From contig CADAKI010000001.1 in the NCBI GenBank assembly GCA_902788485.1, positions 114,226 through 178,225 of the forward strand: 64,000 nucleotides of DNA, given 5' to 3'. The notes under the pieces were generated by a model. It had not been told where the DNA came from. It ran no database searches and worked only from the letters and a program-made list of their open reading frames with translations. The position numbers and the translations under genes are program-made. Positions 17,422 through 28,761 of this stretch are shown piece by piece. The DNA comes from an uncultured Pseudomonadota bacterium. Its GTDB lineage: Bacteria; Pseudomonadota; Alphaproteobacteria; Rs-D84. How positions within the stretch are numbered: position 1 is the stretch's first letter; each line of letters begins with the position of its first letter.

Positions 17422-18092
17422 TCACAAGCAATCATCCATAATAATCAATTTATTTTGTGCTGCTTTCCAAAGTACAACATCAATATACCCGCGTGGCAAA
17501 TTTGTTTCGCGCACCAAACAATCAAACATCGCATCACAGTATTTTTTAATCTGTGGATTTAATTTTTGATTATCTGCAACAACTGAACCTTGTACTCTGA
17601 ACTCTGAACTTTGCATCGCGAACGCGATGCCTAATCTTTGAATCCACACATCGTATTTAACAACATTTTCACCCAAATTCCGTGCCAAATGGTTTGCAGT
17701 AATTTTTCCAATATGCGGTAAATTTTGCAAAAATTTTAATTTATCATCTAATGTTTTTTGCGCATAATATTCCGCACAATATTTATCACGATTTTGCCAT
17801 ATTTTATAAATCGCATTGATTTTATTTTTGTTGTTAAATTTACCCAACAACGCGTCCACACCCGCACCCGCGCGCAACATTTTACAAATATCAAAATGAA
17901 TTTTCTTCGCGGTTTTTTGTGAAAATCCACCCGCCAAAATCACATAAGAACACGCATCTGCAAACGCATCCGGCGCAAACCGTTTGGGCCGCGCCAGATT
18001 TTCGCGTATTTCATCAAAAGATTGGTCGTCTGAATCCAACCCGCGTTCCCGCAAAGTTTTTTCCAACCCCAAAAACCAATCCGCCGAAAACA

Positions 18093-18093
<1 letters not shown>
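17422..18093 (-). CDS. HhH-GPD superfamily DNA glycosylase (AlkA/MagIII-like)
   Basis: Helix-hairpin-helix LQNLPHIGKITANHLARNLG. Carries an in-frame palindromic-element copy at 17583-17643. Confidence 0.5.
17583..17643. repeat. Palindromic element copy PE-1 (RPE-like), in frame inside the glycosylase gene
   Basis: ctgaaccttgtactctgaactctgaactttgca plus central palindrome tcgcgaacgcga; reads as GIAFAMQSSEFRVQGS in the gene frame. Confidence 0.6.
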
Positions 18094-20513
<2,420 letters not shown>

Positions 20514-20528
20514 CTACCCAAACCATAG

Positions 20529-20544
20529 CAATTTGTGCTATAAT
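20529..20544 (+). promoter_or_regulatory. Extended -10 promoter (TGcTATAAT) upstream of the 189-aa ORF
   Basis: aatttgTGcTATAATtttc about 45 nt upstream of ATG 20587; RBS aagga. Confidence 0.4.
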
Positions 20545-20586
20545 TTTCAAGGAAAAAGGGCAAAAATTTACACAAAAGGACACATT

Positions 20587-21156
20587 ATGAAATTCAAACT
20601 GATTTATTTTGGCGATATTTTTGTCAACCCTAAAAAACGCGCACAACATATTGCCGACATCCGCATGCAATTTCACCCACAATTAAAAAAATTACTGGAA
20701 CACAGCCCGTGGGATAACTTGACAAAATATATGTTGCCCAACGCATCAAAAAGCCCACTAATTACCCGCCATGTTGGTGGTATTGATTGGAACCCGATTA
20801 TCAGTCCGAACCTGAACATGATTGCGGAATTGGACATTTTGATGTTGCACCCGGAAATCGTTGGGGTTGCACACAGCGACATCGATAACCGTATAAAAAC
20901 ATTGATGGACGGCCTGCGTTGCCCACAAAACGAACATGAAATTGGCGCAAACACACCAAACAATATCGGGCCAATTTACACACTGCTGGACGACGACCAT
21001 TTGGTGACAAAATTGACCGTCAACACATCGCATTTACTGGCACAAAATATGTTTCCAACCGGTTTTAACCCAACCAAAGATTCAATATTTATGTTGATTG
21101 ATGTAAATGTCCGTATTACAACCGGAACATTGGAAAACCTGCCGTTTATGGTATAA
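20587..21156 (+). CDS. Hypothetical 189-aa protein
   Basis: Start at ATG 20587, in frame with the listed ORF 20407..21156. Confidence 0.45.
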   Translation: MKFKLIYFGDIFVNPKKRAQHIADIRMQFHPQLKKLLEHSPWDNLTKYMLPNASKSPLITRHVGGIDWNPIISPNLNMIAELDILMLHPEIVGVAHSDIDNRIKTLMDGLRCPQNEHEIGANTPNNIGPIYTLLDDDHLVTKLTVNTSHLLAQNMFPTGFNPTKDSIFMLIDVNVRITTGTLENLPFMV

Positions 21157-21194
21157 TCACGACAGCCCACAGGCGCAGACGGATAAACCCTGAT

Positions 21195-21222
21195 AAAAAA
21201 AATCCCCAAACGGGGATTTTTA
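21195..21222. terminator. Bidirectional terminator hairpin atccccaaacggggat flanked by A8 and T5
   Basis: Exact reverse complement of the hairpin at 22601-22626. Confidence 0.65.
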
Positions 21223-22491
21223 TATTGATATCGCCTCGCCGGCTTCGCGTTGTCGTGCCAACAATGCCGCCTTGCGTTTTGCTTCTTTTTCTTGGGCGCG
21301 TTTTAAATTTGCATTTGCGTTCTCAATGGCTTCCCTCATTTTAACCTTAACCTCACCTTTTTTAAACACACCGGCCTTACCAACTTCTTGTTCGCCAATT
21401 TCATACGCCGCAATCACCTCTAATGCACTTTGCAGCATTGAATTTATCGATGCCACCGCCGCGCGTTCATCATCATATTTTCTCAACAACCGGGCGCGCA
21501 ATTCTTTTTCGTGTTCGTAATTATCACGATATTGGTCACGCGATTGTGTTAATTTGAAATTATCCGATAATAATTTTTCATTTGCATTTATCAAATCTAT
21601 ATTTTGTTGTTCCAAAGTATTTTCATAATTTGTCACATATTGTGCATCACCCGACCCAACAACATTATCAAAATCATATTTTTCTTTGGCGATTTCTTGC
21701 CATTGATTTAACAATTTATAAAATTCTTTATTTACTTCTTTATCTTTTATTGCCTTACTCAATTCTGGACTTAAATCACGCCCATCCAATACAGTTCTAA
21801 TAAGAGACCCTGGTTTACTTAATATAACGCCAACATTATCTGTATTTGGCACATCTTTGTTTAATTCCACATCCAAATCTTCATCGGTTTTTGCAAATAC
21901 ATCATTTATAATTTTCAACGCATTGTCTTGTGTTTCTGCAAAATAAATCATTTCCAAAATATCGTCTGTTGTTGCATTTTGATTATTTGCCAACATTGTC
22001 GCAATATCTTTATAAACAGACATCCGTTTTTTCGGTATTTGCAATCCATATTTTTCTGCACACGGACGTTTATAATCAGATGTTGATTTCAAAATTTTTA
22101 ATGCATCATAAACCAAATCTTTATCTTTAAATTTATTCAAACGATTTAAAAACATTTGCGAATACGATGTATTGTCATACCCCCGCGAATCACCATCGTT
22201 TTTCGGATAAAAAACCTGCTCTGCGACAAATTTTACCGTATTTTTCACATCATCCGTGGCACTTGGATTTTTATGCAATTCAAACATAAATCCTAACACA
22301 TCCTCCACAGATTTTGATTTAATTTTTCTGTGCACTTGTAAAAATTCTTGAAAATTTGCATCTGGATTAAAACCCGTTTCAACCGCTTCCTGCCAAAATC
22401 CTTTATAATCTTCGTAATACAAATGCCACTCTTTACGCAAATCTATATATGCACGAACAAATGTTTCCAAATCAAATATAAAATCCGCCAT
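21220..22491 (-). CDS. Hypothetical 423-aa cytoplasmic protein with a C-terminal coiled coil (possible secreted effector or cargo)
   Basis: No signal peptide; C-terminal K/E/R-rich heptad region; no recognisable family. Confidence 0.45.
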   Translation of the reverse strand: MADFIFDLETFVRAYIDLRKEWHLYYEDYKGFWQEAVETGFNPDANFQEFLQVHRKIKSKSVEDVLGFMFELHKNPSATDDVKNTVKFVAEQVFYPKNDGDSRGYDNTSYSQMFLNRLNKFKDKDLVYDALKILKSTSDYKRPCAEKYGLQIPKKRMSVYKDIATMLANNQNATTDDILEMIYFAETQDNALKIINDVFAKTDEDLDVELNKDVPNTDNVGVILSKPGSLIRTVLDGRDLSPELSKAIKDKEVNKEFYKLLNQWQEIAKEKYDFDNVVGSGDAQYVTNYENTLEQQNIDLINANEKLLSDNFKLTQSRDQYRDNYEHEKELRARLLRKYDDERAAVASINSMLQSALEVIAAYEIGEQEVGKAGVFKKGEVKVKMREAIENANANLKRAQEKEAKRKAALLARQREAGEAISI

Positions 22492-22600
22492 GAAAAAACT
22501 CCATTTTACTTACGCGATATATTATACCACAAATCATACACAAAAACAAAAAGATTCTTGTCCATATTATGGATAATTCATCAATTGAACTTTGAAAATT

Positions 22601-22626
22601 AAAAAATCCCCGTTTGGGGATTTTTC
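22601..22626. terminator. Bidirectional terminator hairpin atccccgtttggggat flanked by A6 and T5
   Basis: Inverted twin of 21195-21222. A palindromic-element arm fragment ttgaactttgaaaatt lies immediately 5' of it. Confidence 0.65.
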
Positions 22627-22663
22627 CGGGCCCCGCGAAATTCCACCAGAATTTCGTGGGTAC

Positions 22664-23734
22664 TCAACCCAACATCATTGTAATTTGGTCTTGCATTTGA
22701 AATGTTGCCAACACAACCCACGCGATAATCACCGACACCAATAAAATGCCCACACTGTTTAACGCACTTGATAACGATTCCATTTTATTCACAGAATTTT
22801 GCAAATAATCCCGTGCAACATTTGAAATATTTAAACTAAAATCGTTCATATCAGAATAAATTGTTAAATCGCCAATCAATTCATTGTTTGGAAAATTGCG
22901 TCCCGTATTCGCCAACGCGACACCCAAATTATCACCATTTGCAATATATCGCAACGCCGATTCCAAAATATCACGCAAATACCTGTTTGAATTGTCCGCC
23001 AATATACGCATCGCATCCGGCACAGACACCCCGGCCGCAACAAAAGCCGACAAAGACATCATCCACCCAACCGACACATGAATTTTATAAATATTCCACG
23101 GCGCAATATTATCAAATTTTGTGCGCAACCATCCCGTCCAATTTGGCAATGATAACCACACCAATAAACACAATCCAACAAAAACACCTGCAATAATATG
23201 CCAATATTTTATTGAAAATTCTGACACCAAAATCAATAAATTTGCCGCCCCCGTCCATTGAACATTTGGTCCGGCAACCGATGCCAACGGCGGCACCAAA
23301 TAAACACCAACCATAATAATAATTGCAAATGTCAAAACCAACAAAAACAACGGATACGCGATTGCATTACGCATCGCCCGTTTAATTTTATTTATACCAA
23401 CAACAACCGTTTCCAAATTTTCCAACGAAACGATTAAATCTGACACATTTGCAGATGTCAATAACAGCGTCTCGTTTTCTGGCAACCATCCACGCGTTGC
23501 ATCTGCAAAAGACAAACCTTGTTCCAAACCTTTTTGCCATTGACGCATGGCGATTGCATAGGGTTCATCGGGCTTTTTACCATTATGCGATTCAATTTGT
23601 TCAATCCGCCCCAACGCATCCATCAAAGAAAAATTATTACGCAACAAAGACGCCAATTTGCGTATCAATGCCAAACGACGTTCTGTATTCCATTTGAATA
23701 CCATTTTTGCATATAATAATTCTAAATTTTCCAT
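22664..23734 (-). CDS. GspF/PilC-family inner-membrane platform protein (type IVb PilR/BfpE/TcpE-like)
   Basis: 356 aa; cytoplasmic N-domain, three hydrophobic segments and T2SS-F-like architecture; immediately downstream of the GspE-family ATPase. Confidence 0.6.
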   Translation of the reverse strand: MENLELLYAKMVFKWNTERRLALIRKLASLLRNNFSLMDALGRIEQIESHNGKKPDEPYAIAMRQWQKGLEQGLSFADATRGWLPENETLLLTSANVSDLIVSLENLETVVVGINKIKRAMRNAIAYPLFLLVLTFAIIIMVGVYLVPPLASVAGPNVQWTGAANLLILVSEFSIKYWHIIAGVFVGLCLLVWLSLPNWTGWLRTKFDNIAPWNIYKIHVSVGWMMSLSAFVAAGVSVPDAMRILADNSNRYLRDILESALRYIANGDNLGVALANTGRNFPNNELIGDLTIYSDMNDFSLNISNVARDYLQNSVNKMESLSSALNSVGILLVSVIIAWVVLATFQMQDQITMMLG

Positions 23735-23739
23735 TTTAT

Positions 23740-25374
23740 TTAATATTCCCCTGGCCTATCCAGTAAACCAACCCATCGTTCTAATTCATCAACACCAATA
23801 ATACCTTTTAACATCAATTCCGCCGCAGATTCTTTCAATGTGCGACCATCCATTTCTTCCAACCAATATTTCACCGCCAAATCGGTATTGCCCGAAATCG
23901 CTAGTCGTAAAAATTCACTGTTTGTGATAATGATTTCGCCGGCCTTGATACGCCCCAATGTACCCGAACCATTACATTCACTGCATCCCGGACCACGGAT
24001 AAATGTTTGCTTTAATCCGATTTCACCAAATGCATCCATAACACGCGAATATGCCGGATGTTCCGGATGATTTGATAACGCCTCGCGACAATGTGGACAT
24101 AATTTTTTAAACAAACGCATTGAAACCAAACCACGCATCAATGTTTCTTCTTTTAACTTGAACGCTTCGACCCCCATATCCAACAAACGCGTCAACGCCG
24201 CCATCGCAGAATTCGCATGTAATGTCGTCCACACATTATGCCCCGACAACGCACCACGCACCGTCAATTGTGCCGCGGCCAGTGTTCGAATTTCCCCAAC
24301 CATAATTGTATCCGGGTCACTGCGTAATGCGGCGGCCAACGCCTCGGTATATTTTTCATCGCGTTGTTCTTCGTTCATCGCATTGACGACCGGCATTTGA
24401 TGCGCACCAAAAATTTTTTGTTCGACCGGATTTTCCACCGTAATCATATTGATTTCGTAATTGCGTTCTTTCAACATCATTGACATATTTCGAACCAATG
24501 TTGTTGATTTACCTGAACTGGTTGGACCGGCAACAATCACCAACCCAGTTGGATACGCACGCAGCCGTTCCAACAATTTACGTTCATATTCGCCAAATTC
24601 TTGTTCGGTTTTTATACCTTCGGATGGGTTATCATATAATAATCGCATAACGACATAACGCGTTCCATATGCGATTGGATTAAATTGCATACGAATACTG
24701 GTGACACCATCTGGTAAAAACAAATCACGCGTTCCACGCAATGGGGTGCGACCATCTTTTTGTGCCGATTGATATTCATTTTGTGCATAGTTTGCATTTG
24801 AAATATCCGCCGACGCAAACGCCGCACGCACAAACGATTCACCCCACCCGGCATTATATTCCAATACGGGTTGCATACTGCCATCGATACGAAAATAAAT
24901 TGTTGTTTGGTCAGAAACCTCGATATGCACATCCGACACCTTTTGTGCCGCCGCCCGTGCGATAATATCGACAAAATCTTTCTGCATTTGGTTATCGAAA
25001 TCCGCATGGTTATGAACACCACCACCCAAACGCTCTTCGTATGTTTTATAAATCGCCGAAACCAAACCCAAATCAGAATAAAACGGTGTTTTCATCACCA
25101 TATTGCGTTCACGCAGCAAATCCAAAAACGCCAACACGCGCCCATCATATTTATGCGTGCGCGATATAATAATTTCACCACCTGAAAAATATGCGACCAA
25201 ACTTTGGACATCACGCGACAATTGCAACCGCGCACCCGTCGCCGTCAACAACCGATTACCATTAGAATACAAATAATCCACAATTTCTTTGATTTCTGCA
25301 TTTTCCATTGCCACCGGCACAGACGGTGTTTTTGAAAAATTTGCCTCGTCAAAATTTTTATTATCTTTACTCAT
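23740..25374 (-). CDS. GspE/PilB-family secretion ATPase (type IVb PilQ(R64)/BfpD/TcpT-like)
   Basis: 544 aa; Walker A VIVAGPTSSGKSTTL, Asp and His boxes (TLHANSAMAALTRLLDMGV), C-terminal tetracysteine CPHC...CSEC zinc motif. Larger than VirB11 and carries the Cys motif VirB11 lacks. Confidence 0.8.
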   Translation of the reverse strand: MSKDNKNFDEANFSKTPSVPVAMENAEIKEIVDYLYSNGNRLLTATGARLQLSRDVQSLVAYFSGGEIIISRTHKYDGRVLAFLDLLRERNMVMKTPFYSDLGLVSAIYKTYEERLGGGVHNHADFDNQMQKDFVDIIARAAAQKVSDVHIEVSDQTTIYFRIDGSMQPVLEYNAGWGESFVRAAFASADISNANYAQNEYQSAQKDGRTPLRGTRDLFLPDGVTSIRMQFNPIAYGTRYVVMRLLYDNPSEGIKTEQEFGEYERKLLERLRAYPTGLVIVAGPTSSGKSTTLVRNMSMMLKERNYEINMITVENPVEQKIFGAHQMPVVNAMNEEQRDEKYTEALAAALRSDPDTIMVGEIRTLAAAQLTVRGALSGHNVWTTLHANSAMAALTRLLDMGVEAFKLKEETLMRGLVSMRLFKKLCPHCREALSNHPEHPAYSRVMDAFGEIGLKQTFIRGPGCSECNGSGTLGRIKAGEIIITNSEFLRLAISGNTDLAVKYWLEEMDGRTLKESAAELMLKGIIGVDELERWVGLLDRPGEY

Positions 25375-25378
25375 GTTA

Positions 25379-26107
25379 TTACCGACTGGATATATTTAAA
25401 TTTTGTGTTTCGCCATCTTTGCTGAACACAACACCATCTTCCAAAGATATCGATTTCACAGTAAACCCGTTGATTTTTTTACCAACACTAACGCGTTTTG
25501 TTTGACCTGTTTCCAAATCAGACAATGTTGCCTGTAATTGATTTCCGGCCCCCATAACATTTACCAATTTATACATTGACGCAATATCTTCATCGTATTC
25601 TTCGCGTTGCTTTTTTTGTGCCACAGGTTTCTTTTTTGGTGTTGCCGCCGCCACATCTGATGTATCACCCGATTCTGCGGCCTCGGTTGCCGCCGCAATC
25701 GCGCGTTTTTCTTGTTCTATTTTCGCGGCCTCGGCCTCTAGGCGCGCTTTTTCATTTTGCAAAATTTGTTGTTCTTGCTCGGCGCGTCCCGACAGTGTAT
25801 CCATTTCCATTTGCAGTTTAATTTTTTCCGCCGCCAATCTGTCCAAATCTAAATCCAGTTGTGCGCGTTCTTTTTCTAACTCCATCAAAACTTTTTCTTG
25901 TTCCAAATCCGTAATTTGTTGAAACACCGTTCCATCAACATTATATGCACCAACCGCCATTGCAGACACATCATCCGCGACATCTGATTCCACATCCTCG
26001 ACGAATTCATCGGTTAAAATTTCATCATCAACCGCCCACGCATTTGGCACAACCAAAAACGCAAACAAAACGAACAACACACCAAATAATTTATTTTTAT
26101 TTTGCAT
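25379..26107 (-). CDS. Periplasmic coiled-coil protein with a PilP-like C-terminal beta domain (BfpU/PilP-type assembly component)
   Basis: Signal peptide, long coiled coil, C-terminal YKLVNVMGAGNQLQATL..VGKKINGFTVKSISLEDGVVFSKDG resembling the PilP secretin-binding domain. Confidence 0.5.
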   Translation of the reverse strand: MQNKNKLFGVLFVLFAFLVVPNAWAVDDEILTDEFVEDVESDVADDVSAMAVGAYNVDGTVFQQITDLEQEKVLMELEKERAQLDLDLDRLAAEKIKLQMEMDTLSGRAEQEQQILQNEKARLEAEAAKIEQEKRAIAAATEAAESGDTSDVAAATPKKKPVAQKKQREEYDEDIASMYKLVNVMGAGNQLQATLSDLETGQTKRVSVGKKINGFTVKSISLEDGVVFSKDGETQNLNISSR

Positions 26108-27452
26108 AGATTATAACCTCATAGTTCCAATTTCGTGTAACCACATTCCACGCACAACGCGTGATATAAAAACCACCAAAATCTTCAAACATTTTTGTAA
26201 ATTGCATTGGCAATAATTTTGAAGACACTTCGACCTCGACAACATTTAATTGTGCGACATCAACCCCATTTGTAATTGTATCAACAACAATTTCTGTTTT
26301 TACATCCATATTCATTGATTGAAACAAACTGACCACATTTCTTTCAACGGTTGCGGCATCACGCGCATCCATTGACGCCGCACGCGCAACATCCGGCAAA
26401 GACACCGACACACTCAACATGTTATCGTTTATTTCTGTGATTGTTGCACCCGGCAGAAAATCCGCCGCCATATCATAAAAAGTATCCAACGAACCGAATT
26501 TTCTGTTAAATTCCGCGGTGGCAGTTGTTTCATCACACGACACATTTGATTGCACCCACCCAGTAATCGGTTGCATTAAAAATCCGACCGCCTGATAACA
26601 TTGTTTTGCGCGTTGTTCCGGCACCGGCAAAGAATTATATGGCAACACCAACGGTTGAACATCGGGTTGTTTTTTGATATCAAACTGTTTGTCCAACTCT
26701 TTATTTTTTTCATCAATCTGGCGATTGTATTCATCAATCACAGATTTATCAATCACGGCCGGCCTTTTTGCCGTCATTTTATGAATTGGTTCATTAAACA
26801 ATAAATAAATTCCCGCAAAAAAAGCACACAATAAAACGACAGAAAACAATCTGGCGCGCCACAAATTTATTGCACGCAATTTATATTTTGCTTTGCGTGG
26901 CAAAACACTTGCCAAATCTTTTTCCATCGCACGCGGTATTGCCCATGCGTTTGGCGCAATAAACGCCGACCAATCCGGTATTTTTGAAAACCGTGCATAT
27001 TCGGCGCGCGCATCTGATTCATTATTAAACAGTTTATCCGCCAAAATAATTCCATTACGCACCGCCAACAAATAATATTTTTTATCAACAAAAAACACCG
27101 CCAAAAACGAAGAATATTCACTAAACGCGTCAACAATTTCGGCGGCGGCGGACGGCATACCCGACGCATATTGACGTGCCCGCGGTGCCAACCCAATCAT
27201 AGACCGATATTCAACATACAATTTCGCACGGGTATTTGAATTACGTGCCAACACACCGGCATATCCGCGTGATGTATAACCAACCGCCACCGGTTGCCAA
27301 AACAATCCGGCCGCAAAACGCCGCTTGTTCACGCGAAAAACTTCACTGAAAGTATTATCACGATTTTTCGAAAAATTTCCAAATATCCAACCCATTGAAA
27401 AATTCATCTCTCCTGTTTTATAATTATAACAAAAAAATACAATCTTTGGCAA
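26097..27452 (-). CDS. Bitopic inner-membrane assembly protein (R64 PilO / BfpC / TcpR-like)
   Basis: 451 aa; about 190-aa cytoplasmic domain, single TM LFSVVLLCAFFAGIYLLF, about 230-aa periplasmic domain; its place in the operon matches pilO/bfpC. Confidence 0.45.
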   Translation of the reverse strand: MPKIVFFCYNYKTGEMNFSMGWIFGNFSKNRDNTFSEVFRVNKRRFAAGLFWQPVAVGYTSRGYAGVLARNSNTRAKLYVEYRSMIGLAPRARQYASGMPSAAAEIVDAFSEYSSFLAVFFVDKKYYLLAVRNGIILADKLFNNESDARAEYARFSKIPDWSAFIAPNAWAIPRAMEKDLASVLPRKAKYKLRAINLWRARLFSVVLLCAFFAGIYLLFNEPIHKMTAKRPAVIDKSVIDEYNRQIDEKNKELDKQFDIKKQPDVQPLVLPYNSLPVPEQRAKQCYQAVGFLMQPITGWVQSNVSCDETTATAEFNRKFGSLDTFYDMAADFLPGATITEINDNMLSVSVSLPDVARAASMDARDAATVERNVVSLFQSMNMDVKTEIVVDTITNGVDVAQLNVVEVEVSSKLLPMQFTKMFEDFGGFYITRCAWNVVTRNWNYEVIIYAK

Positions 27453-27483
27453 ACAGATAATAATGCCACCACCAAAAATTTAA

Positions 27484-27813
27484 TTATTTTTTATTGCCAC
27501 AATCATAAACCCGTGCCGTCATTATATATTTATATTCCGGCCCAAACACCGCCCCATCAATCTTAACGGCATCATCGCGTTCCAACCAAAAATAATTTCC
27601 CGATTTGTTTTGTGCCACAATACGATTTTTTAAATACCGAACGGCATCATCATGGGAATACAAAGACACATCAACATCCATCTTATATAAATACATACAA
27701 TTTGTTGGTTGTGTATCTAATTGTATCAACGAATCCGCACCTGCATCAACCTTTACGGTATTTGTGCACGCCGAAAGACACAACAATAATAAACCAAATA
27801 TTTTTTTCATCAT
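27484..27813 (-). CDS. Small lipoprotein (109 aa), first gene of the pilus-like operon
   Basis: MMKKIFGLLLLCLSAC lipobox; 15 nt downstream of the lpxC stop. Confidence 0.5.
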   Translation of the reverse strand: MMKKIFGLLLLCLSACTNTVKVDAGADSLIQLDTQPTNCMYLYKMDVDVSLYSHDDAVRYLKNRIVAQNKSGNYFWLERDDAVKIDGAVFGPEYKYIMTARVYDCGNKK

Positions 27814-27828
27814 CCCCCCACTTTTTTA

Positions 27829-28761
27829 TTATATAATTTCATAATTTTCCGGGTCAGAAAATAGTTTCCGCAACACCAAATTATTCAACGCATGACTGCC
27901 CTTAAACGACACCAAATCACCAATAATATAACCACCAGATGTGAACATATCACCCAACGCGTCAATCAATTTATGCCGCACGAATTCATCCCGCCAATAA
28001 ATATTATTTAACACACCATCACCCGCCGCATTTACCGCAATAACATTATGCTCGTTCGCACCAAAACCCATACCATGCTTTTTTAATGTTTCCCACTCTG
28101 AAATTTTGCCAAATGTTCGTGCACGCGCAACATCATGCAAAAACACATCGCGCGATTTTTTTGTTCCGTCAAACGAATAAGAAAATGTTTGCGACCCAAT
28201 AATTTTTTCCGGGTATTCTAATGTAGCCATAACATTTAACCCACGCCCGTTATTTGGTGATAATTTAACAAAACCATTTGTTTTCCGCCCGGCGATTTTA
28301 TTTATTATCCAAAATTTCAACCTTTCAAAAAATGGGATATTTTTCCGTGCATCGCGTGACGACACAACAATTTCGCGTTTAACAATAATTCGTTTTGGTT
28401 TGGCACCAATCACACCAACCGATAAAAATTTTTCTAAAAATTTATATGCACTGCCGTCCAGTATCGGGACCTCGGGCCCATTTATTTCAATAATCGCACT
28501 GTCCACACCAACAATCATCAACGCCGCCATTAAATGTTCGATTGTTTGCACATGTGCACCCGACATATCACCAATGGTTGTATTGCGAAATTTTGTTTCA
28601 CCAACATTAGAATAAATTGCCGGTATATCAAAATTTTTATCTAAATCAACACGATGAAAAATAATCCCCGGCACATCACTTGGTTTTATCACTATCCGCA
28701 CAGGTGCGCCTTTATGAATCCCCACACCACGAAATTCAATTTTTTTCTTGAAAGTCGCCAT
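27829..28761 (-). CDS. lpxC: UDP-3-O-acyl-N-acetylglucosamine deacetylase
   Basis: 310 aa; FRGVGIHKGAPV, HRVDL and IEHLMAAL motifs. Confidence 0.9.
   Translation of the reverse strand: MATFKKKIEFRGVGIHKGAPVRIVIKPSDVPGIIFHRVDLDKNFDIPAIYSNVGETKFRNTTIGDMSGAHVQTIEHLMAALMIVGVDSAIIEINGPEVPILDGSAYKFLEKFLSVGVIGAKPKRIIVKREIVVSSRDARKNIPFFERLKFWIINKIAGRKTNGFVKLSPNNGRGLNVMATLEYPEKIIGSQTFSYSFDGTKKSRDVFLHDVARARTFGKISEWETLKKHGMGFGANEHNVIAVNAAGDGVLNNIYWRDEFVRHKLIDALGDMFTSGGYIIGDLVSFKGSHALNNLVLRKLFSDPENYEII

Noticed and set aside
23740-25374. Initial thought that this ATPase is VirB11 of the vir-type T4SS, given virB3/virB4 elsewhere in the window
   Set aside because: It is 544 aa, far larger than VirB11 (about 330 aa). 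It carries the C-terminal tetracysteine CPHC..CSEC zinc motif and an N-terminal domain typical of GspE/PilB-family ATPases, and its neighbours are a GspF-like platform and a PilP-like protein rather than virB9/virB10.
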